A stretch of DNA of 64,000 nucleotides from Eledone cirrhosa (Eukaryota). The translations under genes were made by a program, and so were the position numbers. The first letter of the stretch is position 1; the number at the start of each line of letters is the position of its first letter. The notes beneath the pieces are model-generated. The model saw only the letters and a program-made list of their open reading frames with translations. It ran no database searches and was not told the origin of the DNA. Shown in pieces: positions 52,010-64,000 of this stretch. The stretch lies in assembly GCA_964016885.1 (NCBI GenBank), contig OZ024755.1:26226001-26290000 (forward strand), written 5' to 3'.

Positions 52010-53946
52010 ACCTCTAACAAATGAGGAGAATGCATGGGAAGAAGAGACCCTACCCCAAGAAGACCCTATAGAGGGGCCAGCAGTACAAGTCAGCAGCAAC
52101 GTAGTAAGTAAGGCAATCAAAGATATGAAGATGGGGAAGGCAACCGGTCCATCGGGTATAGCTGCCGAGATGCTGAAGGCATCTGGGTCTGTAGGTCACA
52201 CTATAACCACACGTATTGTTAACCAGGTAATACTAGAAGGTGTCATACCAAAAGATTGGTTCAGTAGCATCATTGTCAACTGCTACAAAGGTAAAGGCGA
52301 TGCACTAGATAGAGGTATAAAGTTGATGGACCAGGTCATGAAAGTAACAGAAAGAGCTATAGCACAGTTGATTAGGGACCGGGTGAAAATAGAGATGCAA
52401 TTTGGGTTTCTACCAGGAAGAGGCACCACTGATGCCCTCTTCCTTGTGAGGCAGTTACAGGAAAAGTACCTAGCTAAAAGTAAGCCACTCTACTTGGCAT
52501 TTGTCGACCTTGAGAAAGCCTTTGACAGAGTTCCACGTGCTGTAATCTGGTGGGCTCTTAGAAAACTAGGAGTAGATGAATGGCTTGTGAAAGCGGTACA
52601 AGCCATGTATAGGGGAGCAGTCAGCAAAGTTAGGATTAGCAATGAGTATAGCGAGGAATTTAGCGTACAGGTTGGGGTCCACCAGGGCTCTGTTCTTAGC
52701 CCTCTCCTGTTCATCATAGTCATGCAGGCAATAACGGAGGAGTTTAAGACCGGATGCCTGTATGCTGATGACCTCGCACTCATAGCTGAATCTATGGTAG
52801 AACTAGAGAATAAATTCCAAACTTGGAAGCAGGGACTAGAAAGAAAGGGTCTCAAAGTCAACATGACAAAGACTAAGGTCCTTGTAAGTAGACGAGAAAA
52901 CAGAACCCAGATCCCCTCAGGGAAATGGCCTTGCTCAGTATGTAGGAAAGGTGTAGGTAGGAACTCCATTCTCTGCCCCAAATGCAAACAATGGGTACAC
53001 AAGAGATGTAGCGGGATCTCAGGAAGCTTAATTAAGAATGTAGGCTTCACATGCAGCAGCTGTGCTGAGACAGCAAGCAGCAAACAGCCACAGGAAACAA
53101 GTACCACCAATCTCTGGGAGGGCTCTGTAGAAACAGTAGACAGCTTCTGCTACCTAGGTGACCGAATTAGCAGCGGAGGTGGGTGTTCAGAAAGTATAAT
53201 AACTAGGGTAAGAACGGGATGGAAGAAGTTTAGGGAACTACTACCACTGCTAGCTGCAAAAGGCTTCTCCCTCAGAATGAAAGGCAGACTGTATGATGCA
53301 TGTATCCGAACAGCAATGTTGCATGGTAGTGAGACCTGGGCGCTGAAGGTGGAAGACTTACGTAGATTAGAGAGAAACGAAGCCTGCATGCTCCGATGGA
53401 TGTGTAACAGTAATATACGTGAACGACAAAGCATAAATGAATTGAGAGAGAGACTGAGCATAAGAGGAATCAAATGCTGTGTGCAGGAGAGGCGGTTGCG
53501 CTGGTATGGACATGTGATGCGTATGAAGGATGACAGCTGCATAAAAAGGTGCAGAGCACTAGAAGTTGATGGAAACCACGGAGTGGGGCGACCCAAGATG
53601 ATCTGGGATGAGGTGATAAAAGCCGACCTTACCCAATTACACCTCTGGCGTCACGCAGTAATACAGAGTACCCGACCTCCCATGGGTACAAGCTGAAGCA
53701 TATAGACAATATGCCCCCACACCCTCCCACTGCAAGGTGATCGTGGAGGTGCCACGGCAAAAAAGCACCCAGCACTCACTGTAAATGAGGTTGGTGTTAG
53801 GAAGGGTATCCAGCTGTAGAAATCAAGCCAAATCAGTTCCTGTATGAGCAAGGCATGGTCAGCCGACCAGACACTGCCCACAACAGGACAACCCGTCTAA
53901 CCCATGCTAGCGTGGAAGAACGGACGTAAAACGGTGATGATGATGA
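52010..53946 (+). mobile_element. 5'-truncated RTE-clade LINE: open RT + PHD finger + C-terminus, 3' UTR and (GAT)n tail
   Basis: ORF 51987..53696 with QFGF, FVDLEKAFD, GVHQGS, YADD and a C4HC3 finger at 52932-53063; tail gatgatgatga. Confidence 0.92.
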
Positions 53947-54189
53947 ACACAAGGGTAAATGGGAAAATCATTGAGTCTTTAACCATCCACCATTAAACTC
54001 TCGAATACTGCAGGGTTCCCCTCCCACATCAAAGTGTTATTTATACGTCAAGGATGAGGTATAAATAAGATTTGGCTGCTCTTTCTAACACCGGGTGACC
54101 ACAAAGAGAATTCGAGTCATATATATATATATACAAACACACACGCAAACATACTTCCGCACAAATACATCCACAAACACACTTCTAAC

Positions 54190-56133
54190 GAAGGTCTGCC
54201 AGGGCAACACGAATACTGTGGGTTGAGAGTTATGTTGTGATTAAATGGAAGGAAACCAGACGACACAATATGAAATATTAAACACGATAAAATTGCGAGT
54301 GTGCAAAATCAGATCAATTTTATAGTTAAGTGGTAGTAAATCTGTAAACATATCACTCTCTCTCTTTCTTTCTTCCCCTTCTCACAAAACCTCTACTTTC
54401 TGCCAAGACAGCTACGAATACTTTTACCGGAATTTCCCGAAGTTTAAGTTTTCATTTTACCTTTACTTCGTTATTTTTCATTATCAATGTTTTATTATAA
54501 AGTTGTGAATGTAATTATGGCGAATACGTTGATGTTCGATAGTCGGGTTTTATTTATTTATTTTGTCTGAGATATTTTTACCTGGTAGAGCGCCCAAGTA
54601 GGGACTTGGTGTCTTTCTGTATGTTTACAGATTTACTACCACTTGACTGTAAAATTGATCTGATTTTGCACACCCGCAATTTTATTTTAGGAGAGAGATC
54701 GGGGAAGAGGTGAGGTGAGAGTTTATATTTGGTTGGTGAGAGAGACAGAAAGGAGATAGTATGGTGGTAGGAGGGGGTATGTTTACAGAATTATTTCTCC
54801 CTGGACTGTAAAATTGATCTCACTTTGCACACCCGCAATTTTATTCCTGGAGAGAGAACGGAGAAGAGAAGAGGTGAGGTGAGAGAGAGAAACGAGATAG
54901 TGTGGTGGTAGGAGGGGGTCAGATGTAACGACACACAGAGAGGGGAGTGAGAGGGAGAGAAATACAGAAGAGCTGCAGAGCGTGAGAGAGAGAGGGGGAG
55001 TAGAAAGTGCAGAGTAAGAGAGGGGAAACAAAAATAAAGAGTGAGAAACAGCAACAGAGAAAGAGACAAAGAAGGAAGGCAGAGAGAGAGAGAGAGAGAG
55101 ATAAGGTTGTGTGATAGAAGAGGCCGGTAAAAAAAGAGAGAAAGGCGAGACTGTGTGAGAGGGGAAAGAAAGAGATAGAGTGACACAGTCAGTAAATGAA
55201 GGGGAGTTAGTTGAGAGTTTTGTTGTGATTAAATCGAAGAAAACCAGACGACACAATATGAAATATTAAACACTATATTAGAAAAATGTTCTTGTAAATA
55301 AGACAATAATTTATATACATACATGCATACATAAATATATACATATATTTACATGTATATTTATACACACACACACACAAGTAACATCGTCTGCTAAGAC
55401 AACAACGAATACTTTTACCGGAATTTCACGAAGTTTAGGGTTTAATCTTACTTTGACTTCGTTATTTTTCATTATCAATGTTTTATTATAAAGTTGTAAT
55501 TAAAGCGAATACATTGATGTTTGATAGTCAGGTTTTATTAATTTATTTATCTTGTCAGGTTTTATTAATTTATTTATCTGGTAGAGCGCCCAAGTAGAGA
55601 CTTGGTGTCTTTCTGTATGTTTACAGAATTACTACCACTTGACTGTAAAATTGATCTGATTTTGCACACCCGCAATTTTATTTTAGGAGAGAGATCGGAG
55701 AAGAGGTGAGGTGGGAGTGTTTATGTTTGGTTGGTGAGAGAGAAAGGAGATAGTATGGTGGTAGGTGGGGGTCAGATGTAAAGACGGAGAGAGTGAGGGA
55801 GAGAAAAGCAGAGAAATACAGAGGAGCTGCGGAGAGAGAGAGAGAGAGCGAGCGGGGCGGATGCTGAGTGAATAGGAGGTAAGGCAGAGAGAGAGAGAGA
55901 GTGATACAGTAAGTAAACGAAGGGGAGTGAGTTGAGAGTTAAGTTGTGAATAAAGGGAAAAAAAACAGACGACACAATATGAAATATTAAACACGATATT
56001 AGAAACATATTTTTGTAAGTAAAACAATAATTTATATACATACATGTATGTATAAATATATACATAAGTTTACAGATATATTTATATATACTTGTAACTA
56101 TCGTCTGCCAAGGCAACACGAATTTTATTCTAG
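54190..56133 (+). mobile_element. Tandemly duplicated Helitron-like, microsatellite-rich composite repeat
   Basis: About 1-kb internal duplication (54400-54780 vs 55390-55780), (GA)n tracts, ends in GGCAACACG...CTAG. Confidence 0.5.
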
Positions 56134-56589
56134 TGATCAGAGCAACGGTGCCATCAATAATGGCAGCAATAATATTGAATGTATTTAATTTTTTGAGACT
56201 AGGTTTGATATGTAGAATTTAGCAGGATTACTGGATTTAGAATTTAGAAATTCATATTTTTATGAATTAGTTATTTAGATGAGAGAAACCTTATAGTTTA
56301 TGTTCATTACTAACACATAGAAATGATTAAAAGTGAAAATTATATTTTTATATTTCTAGAATATAATTATACAAAATTTTCATCGTATATGGACATGACA
56401 TACAGGAATAAATGTATGAATAACTTAGGAAAAATAACTTTTTACGGGGACAAATGTAGGATTAGAACATAGGACCTTGTGATTGGAAAGTAATACATAT
56501 GTATTTGTGTGTATAAATATACATTATAGTGTAATGAACACCTGGGTGTATATATATAAACACATTATCTCAAGGAAGCCGGCTCAATG

Positions 56590-56960
56590 CACTCTACATT
56601 TGAATGGAGTTCTGAAGCAGGTGTAGAAGTTCAAGTATCTCGGGGCCGTGTTCACAAGTGACGGTAGGCAAGAGGCTGAATTAAGTGCAAGAATTTCAGG
56701 AGCTGGTGTTGTAATGTACTAGCTTCAGCATTCAGTAATCAGAAGAAGGGAAGTAGGTGTAAAGTCCAAACTTGCTATCTTCAATTCTGTATTAGAGCCA
56801 ACCCTTAACTATAGTAATGAATCTAGGGTAATGACCGAAAGAATACGATTACGAATACGAGCGACCGAAATGGGGTAGCTACGAAGGGTCTTTGAGGTAA
56901 TGTTACTCGATAGAGTGCATAGCTTGAAGATCAGAGAAACACTCCAGGTAGAGACGCTAG
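56590..56960 (+). mobile_element. RTE LINE fragment (post-RT region)
   Basis: Reads KFKYLG.VFTSDGRQEAELSARI...KLAIFNSV..PTL.Y, with stops. Confidence 0.7.
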
Positions 56961-57074
56961 TATATATATATTCGATGGACCGTCACTGTCTGATGAAGAT
57001 CTTACAGGCTTATGGAATCATCACCCAGTCGTAGAAACCAAGCCAAAATCAGTTCTGTGTGAGTGAATCACGGT

Positions 57075-58380
57075 CCCCCGTTCCAACGGATTCTATTCAA
57101 AGTAGGGACAATTATTGCTTTTGGTCAGGAGAAGGTCATGAAGCAAAACATTTTCAAATCAATCAACAATAAGGGCAAAAGTCGATCATGCTTTGAGGTT
57201 TAACACACCTCCCTATAGTTTCTTAGCTTTACTCTCTCCGCCGCTCTTCCCCATCTCTATAATTTAACTGCTTTACTCTCTCTGTCGCTCTTCACTCTCT
57301 ATATGACAACACTGTTTTACACACCTCCCTATGGTTTCTTAGCTTTACTCTCTCTGTCGCTCTTCCCCCTCTCTATAATTTAACTGCTGGGGGAGTTCTC
57401 CGTCGCTCTTCCCTTTCTCTATAATTTAACTGCTGGAGGCGTCATTGGAGTTCCGTATTGACATACAGCTTTTCTGTCTCATTTTAAATCGGCAAATAAC
57501 AACCCGCAAAATAACACTTCATATAACAGATTAATGCTATAGACATATGAATCGGAATGTTTAAATTATTTATTTTTTACGACTTTAATTGGTTAAATAT
57601 TAATATGACAACACCCATAGTGTTGGCAATTCTGCCGAATACACTGATTAGGTTAGTGTGTTCGAATATTTTTTTTTCTTTTCATATAAAGTCTAATATT
57701 TCCAGTATTTTGTGACTTTAAATATATATATATGCACGTCCGCAATTTTCAACGGATTCTATTCAAAGTTGGGACAATTATTGCTTTTGGTCAGGAGAAG
57801 TTTCATGAAGCAAAAAAAATTTTCAAATTCATCAACAATAAGGGCAAAAATCGATAGAATCTTTGTTGAAAAAAGTGGCTGAACTTTGTTCAGTTCAAAG
57901 TCAACTGAGTATTACTCACTTGCACGCGTGGAAGTTTGCGTAAAATGCTAAAAAATTCGCCACTTTATTTAAACGTTTAAAACTAATTTAAGGTTTTCAA
58001 CGAATTGTTTTGGGACCAGCAAAATTAAATTAGCAAAAACATCATGGTTCATACTTTGAGGTTTAACATATTTTGCTTAATATCCCTTCAATAGACTTTT
58101 AAATAAGTCAAAACAATATTTTTACTTGAAAATGATCTTATATGGCGGATACCTAGCGGCATCAGGGCCACCATTTTGCAACTTTGGTCTGCTAAATTCG
58201 CTATTGGAAGATTATTAACCCATCAGTGATTGTCCAAAATGATAATTGGTTCGTAACTTTTAATAACCGGTTCAACTGCTTTATGCACTTAATTGATAAG
58301 CTTATTCGCTTTCAAGCCACGTTTACCTGTATGTAACTTTTCATAGCAAATGAACAAACCCGAGCAACGCCGAACTAGTA
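57075..58380 (+). mobile_element. Helitron-like non-autonomous element
   Basis: Ends CCCGAGCAACGCCG..CTAGT; internal duplication (57080-57185 vs 57750-57855) and a short minisatellite. Confidence 0.45.
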
Positions 58381-58902
58381 TTTATAATATAGTATTTATA
58401 ATATATATATATATATAGACATACACACACACATTTGTGCAGTGCCTTTGTTCACTATAAAAGCTTCACGGCACAGGCAATGTTTTATATCTGGAGATCT
58501 CTCTGCACTTGTCATCACATGGTACCATGGGGCCAGCACTATGTGTCAATAATTGTCACAAGTGTAGTGTTTGTACCAGAGTTTTCAAGTCGCTGGCTGG
58601 ACTAAAAAGTTGCACTCGTTCAGCGCATCGGTAGGGCTTCTCCTACATGGATATAAAGTAGTGGCCGTACTCGAAAACGAGTTGGCAGCCACCATATACA
58701 CACATATATAAATATGTATATATACATATATATATATGTATTTATGTATACATATTTATATATATATGTGTGTGTGTGTAGTTATACTTTGGGAGGGTCA
58801 TGCTGCCAATAAAAACACACGCACCTGTCGTTTTCCCCTTCAATTTATTATACATTTCCGGTTGGTTAGTTGGTTCGATAACCAGATGGTTGTTTATATA
58901 TT

Positions 58903-58945
58903 GTCAAAGCTCTTTCGTCACACATTCTGTGACTTCGTCAGTGAC
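58903..58945 (-). ncRNA. Minimal type I hammerhead-like motif
   Basis: GTCA-CTGACGA-A-GTCACA gaatg TGTGAC-GAAA-GAGC-TT-TGAC; a decayed sister copy sits at about 35915-35955. Confidence 0.55.
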
Positions 58946-59488
58946 TGGGTTTTTATTTTGTGTCACTCCTTTGTTCTGTCCTACACCAACAAATTCAAAA
59001 ACGAAATATATATATATATGTTATATATTAGCCTGGACGTGTGGTGGTGTGTGTATAATTCAGCATGTGAAACCTTCTTGAAATGTGAAAGTGTATACCG
59101 TATTTATTGCACAAATAAGATGGACCGTTTAAAATTTTGATTATAATTGCGCACGTTTGAGTGCCTGAGTGAATAACGTTACCTCAGCAGTCAGTCTTGT
59201 GGTAAACCTTACCTCGTGTACAATGCAGCGGGATTTTTTAAAATGTAAACAAAAAACATACCTGCATGTTATATATTTACTGTATATAACAAAAAAAAAC
59301 AAAAAAAAACACAGTCCGATAAAGAAAAATATTAGTTTAACGCTTGATATATTAAGAAAGGAGTTTTACGTTTCGGACACCATTTAATGTCATTTTTCCA
59401 CGTCAACATGGGTTAGAACATATATGTATGGTTTAACACCAAATATGCAATATCACAGAGGAAATAGGACTAACATTTGCACTGAGGG

Positions 59489-59534
<46 letters not shown>

Positions 59535-60299
59535 GTACATACATATATAGTGTCAGGTCGTTCCTGGGTGCTACAGGTAACATGTAACCCAGTTCAACTT
59601 GTCACATGGTGAGGTCGTCGGCGACTAAACCTGCAAACTTTGATTGTTGAGGAGGGTAATTGGACACCCTGCGGGATGAAAAGCAATACATGACAAAGGA
59701 CAGAGGAACTCAGATGAGTCAACGACCATCCAACAGTGTGTATATATATGTATATATTGTGTGGGTGTGTAAATATCTATATGCGGTTTATACGGGATTG
59801 TTTGTGTACATTTTAATTTTTTAACTTTTAATTAATTCTTTTTTTTTAAACCTATTTATTATTTATCTGGGAAAACCTGTGACTGCTGCAGCTACCATTT
59901 TCTTTTTCTTTTTTTGAGAGAAGGGCTCCGAAATACCTGCGGTTGATACAGCTACCGATCATGCATCTGCTTGTTATTGGATTCTGGCTGTGGATACTTA
60001 GAGAGCTGCATGTGTATAGCACAAGCTACTTTGATCTTCTTGTGCAGATATCTCTTCAAAGTCCTTCAGCCATGGGGAAGCAGCGACATATACAGACCTA
60101 ACAAGGTGGAGGTATACAGTTGTTAAACTACATGCAAGTGGCTTAAGGCTTATCTAACGTCGTTGCCAGTTTTCGGAATAGGAACTGTTCTTGGGTGGAG
60201 TCTTTTGTGATTGAGAACACTGCTCGTCCAATCTTGGAAGAGGTCTAGCATAGGTAACCCAAACATTGTCTGTTCCAGAATCAAGTTGTTCAGCTACCT

Positions 60300-62475
60300 G
60301 TGGCTGACGGATGTTCATACTGGCAGGAAAAACAAGAAGAATAGTAATTTTCAAAAGAATAGAATTGCACTGAATATTGCCACATGGAATATTAGAACAC
60401 ATCTTGACGGAATCATCCACAAATTCATAACGCAGGACTGCTGTTGTTGACAGAGAATTGAGCAGGTATAATATTGATATAGCAGCACTCTCTGAAACCC
60501 GTCTTAGTGGGGAAAGTCATCTATCAGAGGGGTGCAGGCTACACGTTCTTCTAGAAAGGGAAACCAAATGGGGGAAAAAGGAATGGAGTAGGTTTTGCTG
60601 TCCAGAGTTCACAAAATGATTGGAGCAACCACAAAGCATTAATGATCAAATTTTGCATTTTAAGAATTCTCTTTTCAAGAGGACGTTTCATGATTGTTAT
60701 TTCAGTGATAATAACCAAGAATCAATCATGGCTTTTTACCAAGATTTATGAGGATGTATAACTTCGATTCCACATTCTTCCTTCTAGGAGATTTTAATGC
60801 ACACGTGGGAAAAGACGATCACATCTAGAGTGTTTTAGGATGTTACTGCATGAGCAAGATGACTGCCAATGGTCTTCTCCTTTTGCAATTATGCACTGAG
60901 TTTGAGCTGGTTGTGCAATACCTTTTTTTTCAGTAAAATGAGATCCACAAGCAAACCTGAGATCTAAACATGGTCACAACTTGGATTATATCATCACCAG
61001 GAAGAGAAACATCCAGGATATCTGTCCTGTAAGAGTAGTGCATGGTACAGAATGTGGTACAGACCACAAACTTGTACATGGCAAAATGAAGGTGCAGATC
61101 AGAAGAAAAGTGAAGGCAGCAGGGGTGCACATGCCAAAATGTATAGATATGTCCAAACTGCAAAGTTTAGAAATGCGAGATGCACTTGACAACATCGTTT
61201 TTGATGGAACTTGGGTACACAGGTTTACAGTGTTGGGGCTGATGCACTTGGTTTTAAGAGATAGTTTGATGATAATGATGCTGCAATCACCATGCTCATT
61301 GAAGAGAACAAGCTGTATGAGAAATGCCTTGTTGCAGAGGGTCCAGTAAGGACCACATTTGAGAAAGCCTTCAAAGAAGCAAAATCAAAACTGCCATGTA
61401 AAACTCAGACGTTGAAGAATAACTAGTGGACTGAAGTTTCAGCAGAGAAGCAGAGGGCTTATAACTACAGAGACCTGAAGGCATTATACAGCACAATAAG
61501 GCAAGTTTTTACTTCACAGCCCTCAAAAATGGCTCCATTGAAGTCAAAAGATGGGAACTTCCTCATCAAAGATCAGCAGGAATCAGTGGACTGAACACTT
61601 TAAAGATCTGTTTGACAACTCATCTGTAGTTGATGGACTGCCACAAAAGGAGATGGAAATAGAGATGAATGATCCAACCAATGATGAGATAATGTCAACT
61701 ATCAAAGAGATAAGCATAGAAAAGCTCCAGGTTTGGATGGTATACCTGATGAGCTAATTTGCTTTGGAGGAGACAATGTTGCTATGGCCGTTCATGGGCT
61801 AGTCTTATCTGTATGGCATGGTGAGTCTGTCCCACAAGACTGGGTAGATGCAATTTTGCTCTCGAGTTACAAGCAAGGGCAAGAGCTCCAAGTCTGAATG
61901 TGGTGATTGTCATGATATAAGGCTGCTCGAATCGGTAGGAAAAATCTTATTTAAGGTCTTGCTGAATCATCTAATAAAATGGATCTACCCTGGACCAGTG
62001 TGGATTCAGAGCTGCGCAGTGTACTATGTCAGCTTATGAAGAAGTGTGTCAAGCAGCAAGTGCCACTATACTAAATATTTGTGGACCTTACAAAAGCCCT
62101 TGATACTGTTAATCATAGTGTAGTGTGAATCATATTGGGGAAACTTGGATGCCCTTATGAATTTGTTGGAATATTAAAAAAACCTCATCAAAATCTGAAA
62201 GCAAATGTGAACTTCAATGGGACACTTTCAGAGCCCATTTCTGTGGAAAATGGTGTCAAGCAAGGTGACATATCTGCACCCACTCTGTTCTCCATCTACT
62301 TTGCTGTGCTGCTGACATATGCCTTCTAAAACTTCAAAATCAGTGTAGACTTGCAAATTAGAAGGTTTAACACCAAGTCAAAAACATTTAGCACTCTTGT
62401 TAGGGAGTTCTTGTATGCTGATGATGCAGATTTTGTGGCATACACTGCAGGGGACATGCATTTGATATTGGACAT
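60300..62475 (+). mobile_element. Decayed RTE/BovB-like LINE (APE + RT)
   Basis: NIATWNIRT, IDIAALSETR, GDFNA, LDYII, DHKLV, NGVKQG..APTLF and LYADD spread across broken frames. Confidence 0.85.
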
Positions 62476-63009
62476 CTTGTAACACATGTAAACTAAACAA
62501 CATCTCATACAAAAAAAAAGAAAACATTGATTCCATGAAATACATAAAAATGATTATGGTGGAAGAAACAGAGTGATAGGAGGCTAAAGGAGAGAGTAAT
62601 AGAGAAGATAGTAAATAATAGATATGTGTTGGTTATTGGCCAAAGGTTGTGTAGATTATAGTATGAGAAGCATGATGAGGCAGAATAAAATGAGTTAGGA
62701 TGAGTGGTGGTTAGCAACAAAGATGGGTGACTGAGAGTGGTAGATATAAACCAAAAGCCACAAGGAGGAGAAAGAATGGTAGTTAGTGGTAGATGGCGAC
62801 AGATTGAGAACTATAGAGAGAAGTAGGAATGGTGGCAGTGCACTAAATATGGATTAGTCAGATGCCTTTTCTCCCTTCCTTGTGACATAAACATTGTGAT
62901 AGAAGCGTGGTATGGTAATGATAATGGGTAATGGTGGAAGGATTGAATACAGACATATCAAATGCCACTTCTCATTACACTGTGGCATGGCACAGGAAAT
63001 AAGATAGAG

Positions 63010-63341
63010 CAGAGGTTCTCAAAGTGGCCGCTACTGCCCCCGCCCCCACCACGGGGGTGGGGTCGTCGAAAAGCAGAAGGGGGTGCTGGGGTCTAAGGGG
63101 GCAGTAGAGATGATATAATAGTATATTAAATATCAAATGATATATATTAAAATAAAAGATATACAATATTTATTTATATATAATATATATTATATTATTT
63201 ATTATATATCAATTAACGATTTTATTTATATATTATTTATAATTTGTGTGTAAGCAGATCGTTCTGGAAATAGGGGGGGGGGCACTGAGGGTATTACATG
63301 GCCGTGAGGGGGTGGTGGCCTAAAACGTTTGAGAACCTCTG
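63010..63341. mobile_element. hAT-superfamily MITE
   Basis: 14-bp TIRs CAGAGGTTCTCAAA / TTTGAGAACCTCTG with an exact 8-bp TSD AGATAGAG (63002-09 and 63342-49). Confidence 0.9.
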
Positions 63342-63692
63342 AGATAGAGGTTGATAGATGAGAAAGTGTTTTGTGTGTAACAATAGAGAAGTAAATGGAG
63401 ACTCAATAGAGAAGCAAAAGACTTTCCAATTTTATCTGAATGACTTTTGCATTGCAGGTCTTGCATAGGCAGGTCTTCTCCTGCATAGCATGATGCCAAT
63501 CATCATAGTTATTTGTCACCTCTACATACACTTACATTCTATAACACATTTTACATGAATGTATGGATATTTAAGGTAAACAAAGTGAAAAATTATCATT
63601 GGTATTACTATTGCTATTTTGTGGTTGTTTCTGTTTTAGTAAAGAAGATATTTTAACACTGATTTTGTTGAGTTAGATACCATTTTAAGTTT

Positions 63693-63732
<40 letters not shown>

Positions 63733-64000
63733 GTTTAACGTCCGTATTCCACGCTCGCATGGGTTTGGACGGGAGTTTTCCCACTTGAGGCAAGAGTGGT
63801 TGTCTTGCTCGCATAGGACTGTCTGGCGGGTTTTCTACGGCTGGATGCCCTTCCTAACACCAACCACATTTACAGTGTGGAACTGGGAGGTTTTTACCGT
63901 GTTACCTACACGGCCACATTACAGTGTGGACTGTGTGTTTTTTTGTCGTGACACCTACACGACCTTATTTGTTTCGGGCTGGATGTTGTGGTACCAACAT

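Noticed and set aside
52490-53596. Long minus-strand ORFs of 206 and 148 aa
   Set aside because: They are antisense shadows of the RTE RT frame; similar shadows occur on the 8 kb copy.
54783-56119. Leu/Ser-rich ORFs of 115-157 aa
   Set aside because: They are translations of (CT)n tracts in a repeat.

Overview
AT-rich, repeat-dense animal genomic DNA. The repeat repertoire looks octopod-cephalopod, but that assignment is inference. Two intron-containing host genes point away from each other. (1) The 5' part of CKAP5/XMAP215/ch-TOG is on the minus strand: 9 coding exons at 12358-1456, continuing off the left edge, with a probable non-coding first exon and promoter near 32.9-33.0 kb. (2) A complete 4-exon, 200-aa isochorismatase-domain gene (ISOC1/2-like) is on the plus strand at 39297-49924. 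The rest is mostly mobile DNA: a near-full-length CR1/L2-group LINE in ISOC intron 3, RTE LINEs (two with an internal PHD finger), tRNA-derived SINEs, nested TTAA MITEs, hAT/mariner/Tc1/Helitron pieces, minisatellites and a truncated 5S rRNA copy. The most notable unexplained signals are: (a) at least seven minimal type I hammerhead-ribozyme-like motifs, two of them as mirror copies in a 340-bp palindrome in ISOC intron 1; (b) a G_GGA_AAC slippery heptamer just before the LINE ORF1 stop, with an AUG-less ORF2 in the -1 frame; (c) an RTE copy whose four deletions all preserve frame; (d) an inverted repeat pair flanking a 1029-nt phase-0 CKAP5 exon block. All coordinates, alignments and folds were read by eye; repeat boundaries are approximate.
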